64,000 nucleotides of DNA. Source: an uncultured Polynucleobacter sp. GTDB taxonomy: Bacteria > Bdellovibrionota_B > Oligoflexia > Oligoflexales > RGVZ01. Numbering within the stretch: the stretch's first letter is position 1; every line of letters starts with the position of its first letter. The stretch covers positions 8,599 to 72,598 of the forward strand of contig CAYOEM010000004.1 of assembly GCA_964402975.1 (NCBI GenBank), written 5' to 3'. Made by a program: the position numbers and the translations under genes. The notes beneath the pieces are model-generated. The model was given only the letters and a program-made list of their open reading frames with translations. It was not told where the DNA came from and ran no database searches. Below, one piece after another: positions 62,696 through 64,000 of the stretch.

Positions 62696-64000
62696 TTAGA
62701 TTGATTTCGTATCCGCATTGGAGCGAAGGAATGCTGGCAGATCAAGATCGTCAAGATCAAGGCCCGCATGACCCTTTGTCGCCCCAAGGTCTGGCTGGTC
62801 GAAAGCATTCATTTGCTCCGCAAGTGCAAGAGCTTCATCTATTCGTCGATCAATTTCGTCTGAGACCACATCAGGAGTCGGTGGATCAAAATCCCATGAT
62901 GCCGTCACGTCCTTAATGGCACCAGCGCGGTTATCATTTGTAGGCACAAATGCCTCATCAGCGGCAAACACCATATCTGCCACGGTTTTACTGGCGTTCG
63001 TTATGACTTCATCGGAAATGCCAACGTTTGTAGGGAGCTCACTAGGCTCATGCGCAAAAGATTCGTCAGCGAATTCGACCAAGATGTCAGAAGCCTCTTC
63101 GGGTTGATCGAATACGCTCGAGTCGGCGTGGCCGTGACTTAACTGTTGGCTATCAGTACTAGTTTGTTCCGCGTCATCCGATGCACCAAGGCATTCATCA
63201 AATGTCCAATCAGCAAGCGTTTGGGCTTCGGCGGCAGCGTCGACTCGGCGGGGCGCAGCCGAAGTCTGAGCAACGACCTCAACGTTTTGATGATGCGGAG
63301 CCGGCGCGGCTACCACGGGCGTCACAGCGGGTAATTCCCGAAAATCCGGCATATATGCGGGCGTGACGGGTGTGTGTACTGGGCTTCGGTTCGTTTGCAC
63401 CGTTGCTAATGGCGGTGTGGCGCTGTTTGTGTGAGCCTGACTCGCCTGGGGTTGAAAACGTGTTTCGAGGCTTGCTGGAGCAACTGGAGCAGCTGTTTGC
63501 ACTGTTATCGGCGCAGGAGCATGAGGTCTAGCAATCTGAGGCTGCGTGTGAGTTGTAACCGTTGGCTGCACAACGGGAGGTCTCTCTCGGGGCGCAGTCG
63601 CAGCCACGGGGGTTGTAAGGCGCGGTGGCGCCACCAGGCGTTGAGCTGGAGCAGTGTTCACTGGCTTGGGCACAGACGTCTGTCTCGGTGAAAGAGACGC
63701 CAGTTCCTCTGGCTGGATAGACTCTTCAACTGGAAACCCGGTTGCGATCACCGTGATTCTAATTTCGTCTCCGAGAGCTTCGTCAATGACGGCTCCGAAG
63801 ATGATATTGGCATCGTCATGGGCGGCTTCTTGAATAACCATACAGGCATTATTGACCTCCATAATGCTCACGTTTGTGCCGGCGGTTATATTTATAAGGA
63901 TCCCCGTCGCACCTTCGATGTCAATATCTTCGAGAAGCGGAGAAGATATGGCTTGTTTTGCTGCTGAAAGCGCTCGCTCTGCGCCTGTGCCGTAGCCAAT
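62696..64000 (-). CDS. ftsZ: Cell division GTPase FtsZ, 5'-truncated by the window edge, with a C-terminal linker of about 330 aa
   Basis: The frame is open to base 64000 (…GYGTGAERALSAAKQAISSPLLEDIDIEGATGILINITAG…VIATGF). It ends with the conserved C-terminal peptide DLDLPAFLR. Confidence 0.9.
   Translation of the reverse strand: MGYGTGAERALSAAKQAISSPLLEDIDIEGATGILINITAGTNVSIMEVNNACMVIQEAAHDDANIIFGAVIDEALGDEIRITVIATGFPVEESIQPEELASLSPRQTSVPKPVNTAPAQRLVAPPRLTTPVAATAPRERPPVVQPTVTTHTQPQIARPHAPAPITVQTAAPVAPASLETRFQPQASQAHTNSATPPLATVQTNRSPVHTPVTPAYMPDFRELPAVTPVVAAPAPHHQNVEVVAQTSAAPRRVDAAAEAQTLADWTFDECLGASDDAEQTSTDSQQLSHGHADSSVFDQPEEASDILVEFADESFAHEPSELPTNVGISDEVITNASKTVADMVFAADEAFVPTNDNRAGAIKDVTASWDFDPPTPDVVSDEIDRRIDEALALAEQMNAFDQPDLGATKGHAGLDLDDLDLPAFLRSNADTKSI

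Overview
This 64-kb window is core chromosome from a Gram-negative bacterium. The gene content includes lptCAB/kdsD, sigma-54, flagellins, cdaA, and an atp operon split by parAB. That mix resembles Bdellovibrionota or 'delta-proteobacterial' lineages, but the taxon is inference only. Coding density is high and almost every ORF has a recognisable housekeeping identity.

Gene order, left to right:
- nadA and a cysteine desulfurase
- two tandem flagellin genes
- tilS-ftsH-folP-cdaA-cdaR, convergent with glmM-pdxJ-tsaE
- a Kef-type antiporter
- three tRNAs: Arg-ACG, Ser-GCT, Ser-TGA
- htpX and mdh
- a poorly explained block at 17.5-19.9 kb: a membrane zinc-ribbon protein, a 610-bp gap, and a degenerate MBL/beta-CASP-like protein
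- ftsK
- an LPS-type GT1/GT2 pair
- gcvT-gcvH, convergent with gcvP
- a long minus-strand array, pyrG-kdsD-lptC-lptA-lptB-rpoN-rapZ
- an M50 protease and an orphan lipoprotein
- the origin cluster dnaA-dnaN-gyrB-gyrA, with two extra genes coupled to gyrA
- diverging from dnaA: atpZ-atpI-atpB-atpE, two parS sites, parA-parB, then atpF'-atpF-atpH-atpA-atpG-atpD-atpC
- a GT1/SDR/GT-C (GT22-like) glycosylation trio
- the 3' part of ftsZ, with a very long C-terminal linker

I found no rRNA, CRISPR array, transposase/IS, integrase, prophage or recognisable defence or toxin genes, and no clear accessory island.

I cannot point to a convincing novel multi-gene system. The best candidates for undescribed biology are the 17.5-19.9 kb block, the bacterial GT22-like cluster, the genes translationally coupled to gyrA, and the duplicated parS inside the atp cluster.

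All homology calls are by eye from motifs and remembered family signatures. No searches were run.
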